Origin: Klebsormidium nitens
Taxonomy: Eukaryota; Plantae; Klebsormidiophyceae
Length of the DNA: 64,000 nucleotides
Reading direction: 5' to 3'
Assembly (NCBI GenBank): GCA_000708835.1
Contig: DF236989.1
Span: 1-64,000, forward strand
Shown here: one piece after another, positions 12,470 to 24,626 of the stretch
Layout: each line of letters opens with the position of its first letter
Position numbering within the stretch: position 1 is the first letter of the stretch
Translations under genes and position numbers: made by a program
The notes under the pieces: generated by a model
The model's input: the letters and a program-made list of their open reading frames with translations, nothing else
What the model was told of the DNA's origin: nothing
Database searches by the model: none

Positions 12470-15400
12470 CTAGTAATAGGCTTTTCTTGGATTCCCCTGA
12501 AAAACATACAGACGAGGATTGACAAATCAATTCAACGGGCCATGCGACGGCCGCTTTCTGCAATCCGTTCAAGCCGCGGCTACCCTTAATCCTTCTACGA
12601 GGTTATTAATGAGGAGCATACCACTTCTTTTTGTTTGGCCGAGGGGAAGCACATCAGGGTTTGATATCAAGCAAGCATTCGTCTTTATTAGAGTCAACTA
12701 TGCAGTCAGACAAGGACGTAACAGACCAATCGTTGCCCCGGCCTCAGATTGCATAATGTGCTGAAACTACAACCCACTGATAATCAGGTATACGAGCCCG
12801 GCCAAAATTGCGAGCCACTCGCTAATCCGAAGCTCAAGATCAACGACTAGCCTGTTGTAACATAGCACCTCAAAGCGATTAGCCAAGCGCCGGTCAAAGC
12901 AGCGAGTCCGACTAAGACGTTCGCTCGATAGCAATTCTACCAGAGCTCGGTAGCAATCATCGTTTTGAAGGATTGAAGGAACCAAACAGAGCTCAAAAAG
13001 AAAGCATAAAAGCAGCTGATCCCTCCAAATCCTCAAAGAAACCTTTTGACCATACACTCGCCCAGAACTTGTTTGTTTTGGCCGTAAAATATGCCCTTTG
13101 GTGAGAGCTCAATTCACTTTGAACCGGTTTTCACCTCATCTTTCAATGCCGTCAAGTCAATGTCTGAACCAGTCTGCATCCAGTCTGAACCAAGTCTTAC
13201 TCGCCCCGTCCTTAACCCACTCTTGAACCCGTCCCTAACCCGGTCTCAAACCAATCAGGTACTCACCAGCGGGTTTGGCCGGTGCTTGTAGCCCAGCATC
13301 ATGCGCTTCTTGTACTGCTCGTAGATATCGTCGCTCGACGTTGGCTCGTGCGTCTGCGCGGCGCCGACCCCCAGCCCGTCCAGCTTTGCGCCCCCCGCCG
13401 CGAGCGGGTCTATCATTCCTGCGCCGCCTGCCCCAAGGCCGCTGCCTGCGGAAAAATAACACGCACGCGAATCCGTCAACTGTATGATTTTAGCAGTGAC
13501 GTACGATGATTTTGGACAGACTTCCTCCAAAAATGTTTTCCCGAGGCCGCTGCCCACGAATAGTGAGGGGTCCCTTTGAGCGACCATTGGGTGCCGAAAA
13601 ATTGGCGCTAACTTCGTTGCTCTTTGATCGTCATGCCGCTTTGCGCTTTGCGCTCTGGTATGGTAAGCATGATCAGAAGCCGGAAAGGAACGCCCGCCAC
13701 ATTTCGCATAGGCTTTGCTGAGGGCATTCGATACCCAAAAGTATAGCCCCCTGGCCGCTCCAACATCAGCGGCATTGAAAATTTGCTATTTTCATAGATT
13801 GTACTCCACTGACAGGTAAGCCATGCGAAAGTCCCCGTAGTCCGAACTCCAGCCCAAACAATCAAAAGAAGACAAAGAACACGTTTCGGAGAGTGCTTTG
13901 ATCGTAAAAGCTGCCGTTCCCGCATGCGGAAACACCTGCTCTCAGAGAAATGTCCAATCTCATGAACCGGTTCCTCACCTTCCGTCCAGCCCATCTTAGA
14001 CAGCAGCTTGTGCCCCACGTTGGACGACCCAATCTTATTCCGGTCTTCGGGGGGCGGAATCCGGGCCCCTGGGGTTGTCATAGACAGGAACGTTTGCAGC
14101 TCCTCCTCGGGAATGAAGTCGCCCATGTGGTGGCCTCGCCGCGGGGGGCCGCCCGGATCTGAAGATAACAGAAATGAATTCACTGTCTCGCGAGATTGCC
14201 CTCAAGCGCTTTTCGGGAAATAAAGTTGCATACTGGCGGACTTGGTCGGTAACCCGTATGGTTCGACAAACTCACGAATCAGAATGTAGGAAGGGCCGTC
14301 ACCAAGTGTCAAGGGTTCGGCAATCTTCATCCAATTCGACCGGGCTGCATATTTTGCAGTCCAAGAAAGCATCAGCACGAACTCAAAGTTCCTGCGACAC
14401 AAACATAAGAACCGTGTTACTGCCAGCGCAACATCTGCTAAGTTCTCTAGAAGCCGAACTTAGGGGAGAGAAATGAAGCCGCCTCGACCGCCTGCCAAAA
14501 CCAAAAGCACGACTGAGCTTCAGCCCATTGAGAAACCCAGAGACCTGGAACGCGTAAGCAGGTCCAGAGGCCCAGGTGCGGACTCTCAACCCTTACAGGA
14601 CACATCAAGAAACCCACACCGTCTGTGCCGGAATTGAAAAAAGAAATATTCATCACGGCAGACTCCGGGCTTCAGCACACAGAAGCAGAAAAGATTGATA
14701 GAAAGATAACGGCACCAGGATGCGCAGACCCACCTTGGTTCGCTTCGGGCGGCGGCATCTCCCGCGTGTTCTCCCGAGGCTCCCTACTGGCGTTTGCGCG
14801 CGCCGCTTGCCGCGCGTAGAACTCCATCTTCGCCAGCGAGTCTGAAAAGAAGAAGCGTGATTGAAGTCAGTGCTTAGCAGGACAAAATCATTCCATGGAT
14901 TGTGTAGATGGAAACGGCGTTCCTTCCGTGGGAGTCATTCAATGGGAGTTTATTCTGCCGCAGCTCGTTGCGCAATTCTCGGTTTGCTCCCCCGAGGTTC
15001 AGTTTCACGAGGTGACCTTGGCTCGATCTGTGGAGGACCCCTTTTTCCGTGACCTGCAAACTAAACGTGCGACCATCACTTTTTCTGCGGGTAGAACCAT
15101 ATTCCAATCAAATATCTTCCATTTGTATTTTTGGCAGCTAAATACGGCAAACCTCCGCATTGAATGCGTGACAGAGAGGACCCACAACAATGCTGTCTGC
15201 TTCGGAAATATCCAACCAGCGACAGTTCTTTGCGACGAAAACGAGCAAGTTACTTACCCTCCTGCGAAAGCTTATCGTCCTGGCTGGAAGAAACGCCTGA
15301 TGGCTCCGGGCGACCTGGGGGAGGCGCGTCTGAGAACCCCCGCCTGCGCTCAACAGGCTGGGCTTCTGCAGCGAAACATAGGCGATGTGTCACAGCAGGG

Positions 15401-18400
15401 TCAAGCTTAACCAATGTTAAGTGGTACTCCTGACATGTGGAAGCAATGGTAGTGGGACGGGCTCACAGCATCAAGGGTGTTAAAGCATTGCCAATATGAA
15501 AGGAAAGGTATCTACTGAGACAACTGTCCTTGAGTTGGAAGATTTCCCCCGACTTGTCCACTTGAAAACTCCTGAATATCAGAAGGATCAGGAAAAAGTA
15601 GGAAAATTGAATATCGTCCGGGATGCCTAAATACTGGGTTTGTGCCCAAGACTGTAACAGGTTGCACGCAGGTCGCTGTACAGTAAATATTATCTGCATC
15701 GCTGCACACAGCCATGATTGACATGGACGTTTGCGCACGACTCGAGCTCTGCGTCACATTGTGCCACTTCATCTGACCACTTTTTGTCCACTCCATTGAC
15801 CATGAAGGAAGGACTCAAGCAACTTCCACGACTCAAGCAACTTCCACATACAGACTCTTCTATCCAGGTCGATGGTTCGGCTGGGAACGGGGTTAAGGAA
15901 TTGACTACCCTTCTCAAGCAGATGGCCGGAAAAAGGAAGAACGCAGGGCGAGACAAAAATGCCCTCAATCGTACGCTGATGGATCCATGCTAGCCGTAAT
16001 GGTTCATTCTCTAAGTTCGATCTGAGTCAGTCCCTGAGCAGAGCCGAGACACCTTTGCAAACGCAGAAATGAATTCAAATATAGCCCAAATAAGAAAACG
16101 GAAGAGTCCGTATTCTCACGAGGCTGCGCGGGCGGTGTCTGAACTGGCCGGCCCGCTTCCTGTGGTGCCTGCGCACTGGATGCGGCTTCTTGAAGAGCTT
16201 TCTCTTCCAAACCGATGCAGTATTCGTAGTACTTGTAGTCAGACGACGAGGGGTCGAAGAGGAACCTGCAAAACGGGGGAAGGCACTCATGGTGTAAGAA
16301 AGAGGCCGTCTGGGAGTAATAGCGCAGCGGCAAAGGTCGAGTTGACAAAGCAAAAGATTGAAGAATGTGGAAACTTTTGCAGATTCCAGCTCTTACTCTC
16401 CCCTGCTTTGTCCTGGCTTCTGACTGTGTCCAAATGCAGTGACGCTTACGGAGAATATTTTAAGGGTGACATATGCTTGTTTTTGAAAAGCTCGATGTGC
16501 CTTCCGAGGCTGATCACATCACAGAGTGTGGAGCTTTTCACACAGTGCTCATAATGCTGCGGCTGTGATTGGTACGCTTGCCTGAACGGAGTGTCCCCTG
16601 GGTTTCGCTGCCGGGTCGTGTTTTCCAAGCCTCTCCCGTTCTTGGCCACAAACTTGGCGAGCTTCTCGGCAATCCGGCACACCTCCGCATCCTCAGGAGC
16701 TGCACGCATAAACCGATCGGGTGTGAGGGGTTAAATAGGGCGTCAAATTCCAAGGTGCATTAGTGCATCTGAGTCCTGAGGCAGAAAGTCATCCGACGGC
16801 CCACATAACATCTGAAAACGTGCCTTCGGCGACCAAACTTGCGTCCTGGCGCAGTATCTGTCCGCCGGGAGGGGGGACCAATCCCCCGACGCCCTCCATT
16901 AGAACTTCATGAAGTCTGTCGAGGTCTGCTACGAAGTACTGGAGTAGAAGCACGGGGGGAGGTCTGCCGAAAAGATTCCAATAAGCACCGGGTGAACTTT
17001 GCTGGGACTGCTAAGAACTGCCGGGGGAGATACCTCAAAAGTTGCTGGGTTATGCCACCAGCTTTGGTCAGGTGAGAAGCGAGGTGAAACATAGACAAGA
17101 CTGCCAAAGGTTGACGGATGTCAGCAACAGCTTGCCTTAGGCACCAGGCAGGCAACAATGTTGACAGTTTTGCTGGAAGAAAAGAATGAAAACCAAGCCT
17201 AAAAAAGATCTGGCAAGACCTGACGTAACAACGTAAGTTGCTGAGGGACGAAATTTGCAAGCAGTGGTACATGCGCACTGAGCTCTCAAAATCAAATTAA
17301 AGGACGAAGTGGTGTGAGACGCTTTTGTTGCACAGTTGAGGACTCACAAAAACAACGAAAAGCAAGTTAAGGAAGCAGAAGATTCGGGAGGACAGATCAG
17401 AAAAGCAGTGTCCTGGAAGAACAAGGAACAGGGTGGTCTCTTCAATGGCTGACTCCCACACCCACATCAACCCGAGACATCTCTTACAGCATTAACCTTT
17501 CACAACGCACTTTCACATCCCAGGGGTTCATCAAACCCTTTGTACACTCAAACTTCATCAACGTATGAGTTAACTGACCTGGTGGGGGCGCAGCCGGCGC
17601 GCGTGCGGGCGCTTCCGAAGGTGGCGGCGCAATCCCAAGCTTTTGCCGCTTGGCGGCCCTCTCTGCTTCCTCTTTCTTCTCCGCCTCTTCCCTTTCCAAC
17701 TCGTCGGTCTCGAGCGCCGCCTTCAGCGGGTTGATGGTCGCCTTCACTTTGGACGCCGATTTAAAACCAAAGGCAAGCCGCGGCCCCGTGGCTTTGCCGT
17801 TGCTTGGATTCTTCTTGATCGTCATGAGCGCTTGTTTTGGGACGGGTGCGCTCTTTGGATGATCTTCCGCCCCCGCATTTGAATCCGCCTTTTGGTTCAG
17901 AAGGTCCGCCGTGGGCCTTTCTGTCAATTTCTCGCTGCCTTTTGACTCCGTCCTCCCAGAATCCCTTTCTACTTCCACCCCATTTGAGTCCTTGGCAGTG
18001 CTCCCCGCAAACGCTGTGGAGCTTGGCGGCTCGGAATGTGCGGAACCAGGGTGGTCATAGCTTATAGGTCGTGCAGAACTCGCGTACTCATGGCTTACGT
18101 AGCTTACAGGTGGTACAGATGGTTGCTCATAGTGTTGGTAGCTCTCGTTTTGAGCATTTCTTTCATCACTTCTATACGTCTGCATGTTATGACCATAATG
18201 TCCCTGCTCAACGAGCCCCGGCTGACTGTACCCATAAGCAGGCTGAGCAAGCTCCCCATATGCATCAAAGCTTACGTTCTCCGAGCCATAAGCATAGGCT
18301 GGCCCCGAGTAAGGTCCAACCTCATCGCCTATCCTCAGACCAAGCTGTGCGCTGCTTTGGTGCTCCCCGCCATATGCATGATCCTTGTCAACATTACTGC

Positions 18401-18557
18401 TTACTTGACCAGGGACGCCATTTACCCCATACACGTTGTGGTTTGTGTAAGGGCCACCATAACTCTCTCCAGAGGGGCCACAATTGGCAGCTCCTCCATT
18501 CATTTGACCATATCCCAGATGTCCACTCCCATGCTCGTTGCCTTGCTGATTCCACAT
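12470..18557 (-). CDS. SUGP1: SURP and G-patch domain-containing protein 1-like splicing factor; 8 exons
   Basis: Exons: 18557-17579, 16699-16582, 16265-16120, 15365-15258, 14841-14734, 14158-13979, 13445-13267, 12496-12470; phases match. SURP: IAEKLAKFVAKNGRGLENTTRQRNPGDTPFRFLFD. GHHMGDFIPEEEL. G-patch: IGSSNVGHKLLSKMGWTEGSGLG. Conserved end [30 protein letters not shown]. Start codon is uncertain. Confidence 0.92.
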
Positions 18558-19300
18558 GACGGAGGTCTGATCAGCAACCCTGCAAGAGCCCTGCAGCGAT
18601 CCCTTTTCCAACTCCTGGAGACCCAGAGCGCCTCTCCTTCCTCCCTGGCCACCGTTTGACTGAGGCTGTGCGACACTTGAGATGCCTGCCAAAACGCGCA
18701 CCACGCGCGCACACAGTATCCACGTGGCCCCGACTCGGAGTCCCCATGCAGGCGCCGTGCGAGCTTACCGCCCGGCCAGACCGCCTTGACCGGGGCCAAG
18801 TTGACTGAGGCCCTGGGCCTTGCTTCCGCGAACTCTAGCTCCCCACTTGGATTCAAGGAAATTATCTTGCCGGGATTTTGCCACCAGCTTCCAAGCTTCC
18901 CGTCGTTTGAACAACTCAGATCACTGGCTACGTGTGGCTAGCACATGCATGAGCAGTTCTTTAGGCTGTCTTGGCACGTAAGCTTAGGGATCTAATCGCG
19001 TTACGTTATGAAAGCTGACGTCTCAGTGACATACCTATATCGTAGAGTGACGGTTGATTTCATCTGATTGAATGCGTAAAGGCATGTGCTCACTCAGTTC
19101 AAAGTCGGGCGTGTCAGATCCCGATCTTCGAGGGTTAGATGAGTTGGGCACACATCAATAGATTGCTAACCTCACAATAATACAATATGCACAAGCCTGT
19201 GACATGTTATGCATAAAGGAGCTTCACATGGCCTAGAATTACCAATTGGTTTGACGTGCAATGGACGGTGAAGCACAATAATGGAAGATAGAACGACTAG

Positions 19301-22167
19301 CTATAGAAAGCAGCATACGAATGTACTCTCGGTGTGAACAATTCCAAACGTTCGAATCTTTTGTCCTTGTAACTTTGCCGGTCCTACATCTACTCGTTTT
19401 TGCTCTGTCTCCTCTTCCTTCGGTCCGTCACAATCGGCTAATTTCACGTTCACGTAGTCAATAAGCGCATGGCCGACACCTGCAAGGCCCAGACAAGCAA
19501 TCTAGTAAGCCTCACGAGTCACTTCTCGTTAACACATCTCATCATCAGACCAAAGACAAGTTTGTCCATGCTTGTACCTCTTTACTCCTCCCAAAACGAG
19601 CAGGGAAATGGATGCATGTATGGTACGACGGGGAAAGAGAGGGGGTCGAACACGGTCAAAGGGGTGGATACAGCTTTGGATTGCGCTATCGATAGACGAA
19701 TGGACCGTCAAAAGCTACGGTAAAGCGCTATCCACCGGCCTTAGCGGCCTTTCGTTTATCTCGCCCCCGTTTGCCCGCGTTTTACCCCACCTTAACCCGC
19801 CGTCTCTGTCTTGCAGGCAGGTGCCGCATCTCGGGACCTTAACCTCGCACCCAAGATCCCGTTTACGACGAAGAGTTCGATACTTCCCGCAAAGGCGGAG
19901 AGTGTGGTATAGCGTCGAATTGCGTGCATCTTAACGGATTGCAGACTGGCCGTGCAACATCTTGCAAGTTTAAGGTGCCCGAGCCTGCGTCCAGACCAAA
20001 GCAATGACCTCGCTACCTACCTTCCACTTTCAGAATGGGTGGATAAGGAGGGGGAGGTGCCATCCAGCTCCCGTCCGGCCGCCGCATGTGGGAGCGATCC
20101 GACGAGAAATGCTGTAGATAAGTTTGAGCTGGGACCACACGGAACAACCTGCATCAAAATGTCAACGAAGTACGCTGTCGGAGTATATCTAGTTCTTGAA
20201 AACCTTCGTGTTCAAACGGCGAGAGCAGTCGCCCTGACTTGGGAATTCCGCGAATCGGGGAGGGCAAAGCAAAACGTTATTTCTGGAATTGCAGATATCC
20301 GTCGTACAAGTTCCAGCATGAATGAATGAACAGGAAGGGATCGACAGACTCGCGGAATCTTCTTTCGATCCAGTGGGCCGACAAGGAGCCTAGGTGCTCG
20401 TTTTCGTACCACTGGAAGCTGACTCACGGCTTACTGCGCAAGAGAAAAAGTAATAAGCATGGCGACGGCTGACTTCGGACTTGATTACGGAGTCTGACCT
20501 TTCGAACTCCTTGTATAGACGTATGCTGGGTCGGAAGGCCTCGTCGTAGTAGGTGCTGAAACGGACGGGGAAGGGCAGGGTCGTGTCCAGATCCCAAATG
20601 AGCGACCCACCCTCAGACTCGACCCGTTTCTGCAGATAAATCGGGACACTTCGCTGTGAAACTCACGGAATTGAAATCGAGATGCCAAACAGAGCAAAGG
20701 AGGGATGAAAAATGGACATACTTTTGATTCGCTCTTTGTAGACCCTTGATCGAACCACAAAGAAGCGTTGGACCCAAAAGAAAGCTTTGCCTCCTTCCTT
20801 TAGCAAGTAATAACGCACGAGCCGCCAACGTGTGCGAAAACAGGCAGAGCTTTTTGTTTCCCGGTTGTAAGCATCAGCTATGATCCAAAAATAACGATAC
20901 TTTTGTCAATATGGCTGATTGTTTGAGAGTTTTACGACGCTGTCTCTGCAGTCGAACCGACGTCCGATTCTGACAAGTTCTTTCTGTTGTAAGTGACAAA
21001 TGGGAGTACCAGACCCAAGAGGCCACGTTATCTTACAATCCAGAAGCTGAACTGAGACTTGCCTTCGTCCAAGAGCTTCTCCAACATGGCGATGGTGAAT
21101 GCAACATCGTAGAGGAAAAGGCGCTTTTTTTGAAAAGAAAAGGTAATGTATTGAGATCCAGAGTAAGGAGGACGGTGAGAGGCCTGCTCACTTGGACGAG
21201 GAAGACGTGGTAGTCCCATACGCAGGCGCCGTCTCCTTCGGAGCCAGCTTGCTGGCGCCACATCAAGACCTGTTTAAGGAAAAGCTTTGATTTGCTTTCT
21301 TCTTTTTTGGGAACATGTTAAGGGGACTGCACATCTAAAGACGAGGAAAGTGTCATGCTGGGCAATGAAGCATTAACGATGCGCTCTTCTAGTTCAAATG
21401 TTCTCGTCTATGCTGGTTGCAGGTATGCTTTCCTGTAAAGGATAATCCACCAGACTTTTTCACAAGGTTGGGATCCTCAAGAAAAAATCATCTTAGCTAC
21501 GGGTTCCAGCCTTATATTGGAACTGATCCTCCTAGAGACCCGTAAATGGTATGATTTACCTAGTGGTGCCAGGCCATGAACACAAACTTGTTTTGAGGTT
21601 TTAACGATGAACGTAGGTACAGTTCAGTCGCCCACAGCAATACAGATTGGAAGATAATACTTTCACCATCTTGCCGGAGCCCTTGAGTGAGCTGCTGAAA
21701 AGAGTAGAGAGCAGTGATTGTGAAGCTCAGCTTGCAAGTTTGCATGGCGCACCTGCTTCCTTTCATTTGAGACAAAGACTATGAAAAGGTCCGAGTAATC
21801 TGCCGCTGCACGTCCTGTTTCTGCCAACTTCTTGACGAGCAGGTACACGTTCTCCTCACTGCAGAAATCTGAGATACGTTCAGAGAACTACGTACAGCAC
21901 TTGAATCCTCATGTATGCCAAGGGGCCATTCAGGCAATCAACAAAGCGGAGGAAAGACATGAGGAGGCTGATTGAGTTTGACAGCATAGGGAGATGCACA
22001 GCTGGGTTGATTCAGAGAGTCTGCAAATGAGGGGCTGTTTGTAGTCATTCATCACTGGGTGCTTTTCAGCCAGTAGGAACCAGTTCCACCACTTACCAAT
22101 AGCATGGTGTGTGCACGGAGTCGGTTCTGTCCAGCTTTTTCTGTAACGTGTGTTCAAGCAAAGCCAT
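19301..22167 (-). CDS. NTAQ1: Protein N-terminal glutamine amidohydrolase; 6 exons
   Basis: Exons ~22167-22097, 21860-21747, 21268-21190, 20631-20501, 20147-20017, 19485-19301. Catalytic-triad motifs PCYCEENVYLL (Cys), VWDYHVF (His) and [11 protein letters not shown] (Asp), plus [24 protein letters not shown]. Confidence 0.93.
19830..19983. mobile_element. Foldback MITE-like repeat, copy 2 (last intron of NTAQ1)
   Basis: Shares CTCGCACCCAAGAT, GACGAAGAGTTCGATA, GCAGACTGGCCGTGCAA and AGGTGCCCGAG with 3392-3555. Right TIR is partly deleted. Confidence 0.65.
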
Positions 22168-23056
22168 GGAGTCTCCCACAGTCAACACTTCCCTCGGTGG
22201 ATGGTCTCATGCCTGTGGATCAGGAGTTTCTAGTACGCCATCCCGTGTGCGCCAACAGAAGCAGGAGCAAGCAGGCCGAACATATAAGCTGCACAGCACC
22301 ACCATGCAGGTTCCTGCACTTGCGTTGTGTGAATTACTCTGGTCACTGCATGCTTGGAGCTCGCAGAAAGTCAGCTCAACATTCTCCCTGTGCTGGAGCC
22401 ACAAACCGCGGCTGAATCACATTGCAGCTGGCCTGCAGCCAGCGCCGTGAAACAGTCAAATTGACAGGACGCCTCAGGCGCTCGGATTGAGGAGCTGGCT
22501 TTTGTGTTGAGAAGGCTCTAGCAGCTAGCTGCTCTTGCCTGTAGTATGTATGTATGTGATCTTCCGTGCAGGACTTCGCTGCTGGAGGCTGCTCTAGAAT
22601 TTAAAAGGCATGCAGGGAAGTCCTCGTCGACTTGCAAGAACGTGGTTACGAGACGGGTTAGGGTTGCTGTGCTCGAGTCCAACCGAGCCGGCCTTTGGAA
22701 CGTCGCCGTCGGGCAGCTTCTTCACCGCCGGTTATTGTCAAAAAGATACCCTGCCTAGTTGAACTCCGTGTCCGCACCCAAGCTTGAAGACCGTTCGCTA
22801 ACGGCAGCGCTTCCGATGGTCAAAACCTGAGTCATGGTTAAAGCAAACCCTCCCTCATTCTGCCGTCCCCTCAACTTCAATCTTAGTCAAACAACTCGCC
22901 AGCATTGGAAACGAAGTTCCAGAAGTTCCAGTGGCAGAAGGCACCGATTGCCATCGGAAAGCCTGTTGGTTGCTGCTCTATTACAATCTACAGTTCATAA
23001 GTTTGTGGTCCGAGCAGAAGATCCTGGGACGCAGCAGGAAAGGGGTAGAAAGCAGT
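22168..23056. promoter_or_regulatory. Bidirectional promoter / 5' UTR region between NTAQ1 and COX17
   Basis: Head-to-head start codons 890 bp apart. Telo-box-like GGGTTAGGGTT at ~22655. Confidence 0.45.
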
Positions 23057-24626
23057 ATGGCAGGGTCGGAGGGTGCGCTGGCGGCCCCTCAAGCGTCCGG
23101 GGAAGGCTTGGCTCAAGACCGCAGCAAGAGTGGCACAGTACAAGCTGGTAAGCAACTGCGATGCACTCATACCTGCTTCTGCGTTGTAATCTTTGGTGAA
23201 CGAGAAGGTACAGAACCAGAAGATCTGAGGAGACTCTTGCGCTACTCTGCTCTGGTTCCGCTCTGGTTCTTAACCGTACAAAGCATTATGAGTTGGGTCG
23301 CAATTGATGGTGGTGGTGCAATTGTGTGTCGCAAGATGCTCTGTATGTTTGTGTTATGCAAACAGGATCTGGCCTTTCAGAGAGAGAAAGGAAGAGTACA
23401 AAAAATCCGAGGAGAGGCTTGCGCTACTCCGCTCTGGTTCTCATATGTCTAAAAGATTGTGAGTTTGATTGCGATTGATGGTGGTGGTGCAAATTCTTTC
23501 CGTAAGATGCCTTGTATGTTTGTATAGACATGAACTGACCCAAAGCAAACCATTTTTGAACCAGAATATCTGATTGGATATCATAAGCCCTCAACATTTG
23601 CAGACCCTGTATCTGCCTGATCAAATCAGAGCTTCTCCAGCAGCGGTCAATTCGCAGTGGTCACAACATCTCATTTTGGGCGAGTTTGCAAAAGTCTCCA
23701 ATTTATGTTCGATGCTTCTATATCTGCACCCTGTCCCGTGTTGCTCACAAGAAGATCTGCTGTTAAGTGTCCTGATGAGGGTAAAAGAAACGAGCCTGTT
23801 TTGAGTCAATTGTTGATCGGTGCTTCTTGTTCGTTCTTCGTTTCTTTCATTGCCACGCAAGGCTCCAATACATCTGGCATCAGTGGACCATGAGTGAGCG
23901 AGGCTTCAAAATTGCAAAAGTTCATGCGAACCTGGTTATTGCTGTTGCAGCTACCGGAAGAACAAGGAGGGTTTCGCCAACATCGTTCTTGCCTCGATCA
24001 AAACTTCATCTCCAGGAACTTATTAATTCACGATCTGCTAAAAAAATCAACACATACATCTGCTACGTTGACTCGAACACGCGTTTGCAAGCGCTTGGCG
24101 AGCTGCCATATGGTATTGACTTCAAGAAGCAGGCATCCAAGCTTTTTCGTGTCATCCAATTGCTGTCGGTCCCTTCCTTGTAAACCTGGTTATTGTCATT
24201 GCAGAGGCTCCCAAGAAGAAAATCTGCTGCGCTTGCCCTAACACGAAGAGGCTACGAGATGAGTGCATAGCGCTCAACGGGCCAGACTCTGCGGAGTGCC
24301 TTGTGCTGATAGAAGCCCACAAAGTCTGCTTAAGATCGGAAGGTTTCAAGGTAAGTTCTTTGAAAGAAGAACCCATCTTCCACTTCGTCGGGAGCATATT
24401 TGGCTCCGTTTTTCCATGGAACTGATTCCGCTATTCCCTTTTTGCACCACCTGCCCAACTGAGTCCTCCTGTTCGTTGCCTTCCTCGAGTTCGAAATAAT
24501 GCTGTGCCCGTTTACCACCTGGCCTCTCCTCTCGGTCAATAGCTCTTGCGGTTCAAGCACTCCAATCTGTTGAAGAAGTGGAGAAAGCAAACTGAAAATC
24601 CGTTTGTATCCACCTTGCAGGTATAG
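23057..24626 (+). CDS. COX17: Cytochrome c oxidase copper chaperone COX17; 3 exons
   Basis: Exons 23057-23147, 24205-24350, 24621-24626. Spliced PKKKICCACPNTKRLRDECIALNGPDSAECLVLIEAHKVCLRSEGFKV* contains the CCxC copper motif and twin CX9C-type cysteines. Not present in the ORF track. Confidence 0.93.
23236..23530. repeat. ~120-bp diverged direct duplication in COX17 intron 1
   Basis: CTTGCGCTACTC...GCTCTGGTTC...ATTGATGGTGGTGGTGCAA...AAGATGC...TGTATGTTTGT occurs at ~23236-23360 and ~23418-23530. Confidence 0.8.

Noticed and set aside
18036-18659. 207-aa and 162-aa plus-strand ORFs
   Set aside because: They are antisense to the long first exon of SUGP1.
19850-19925. Patchy similarity of the foldback repeat to 5S rRNA (ATACCACACT, ATCGAACTC, CTTGGGTGCGAG)
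   Set aside because: The matches are short and wrongly spaced, and there is no 3' half of 5S. The TIR structure explains the element better.
19469-20329. Plus-strand ORFs (84, 120 and 125 aa)
   Set aside because: They overlap NTAQ1 exons and its intronic repeat on the opposite strand.
20428-20433. Apparent 6-nt micro-exon TAAGCC in NTAQ1
   Set aside because: Direct splicing FER|LFRVV already matches the conserved protein with no insertion.
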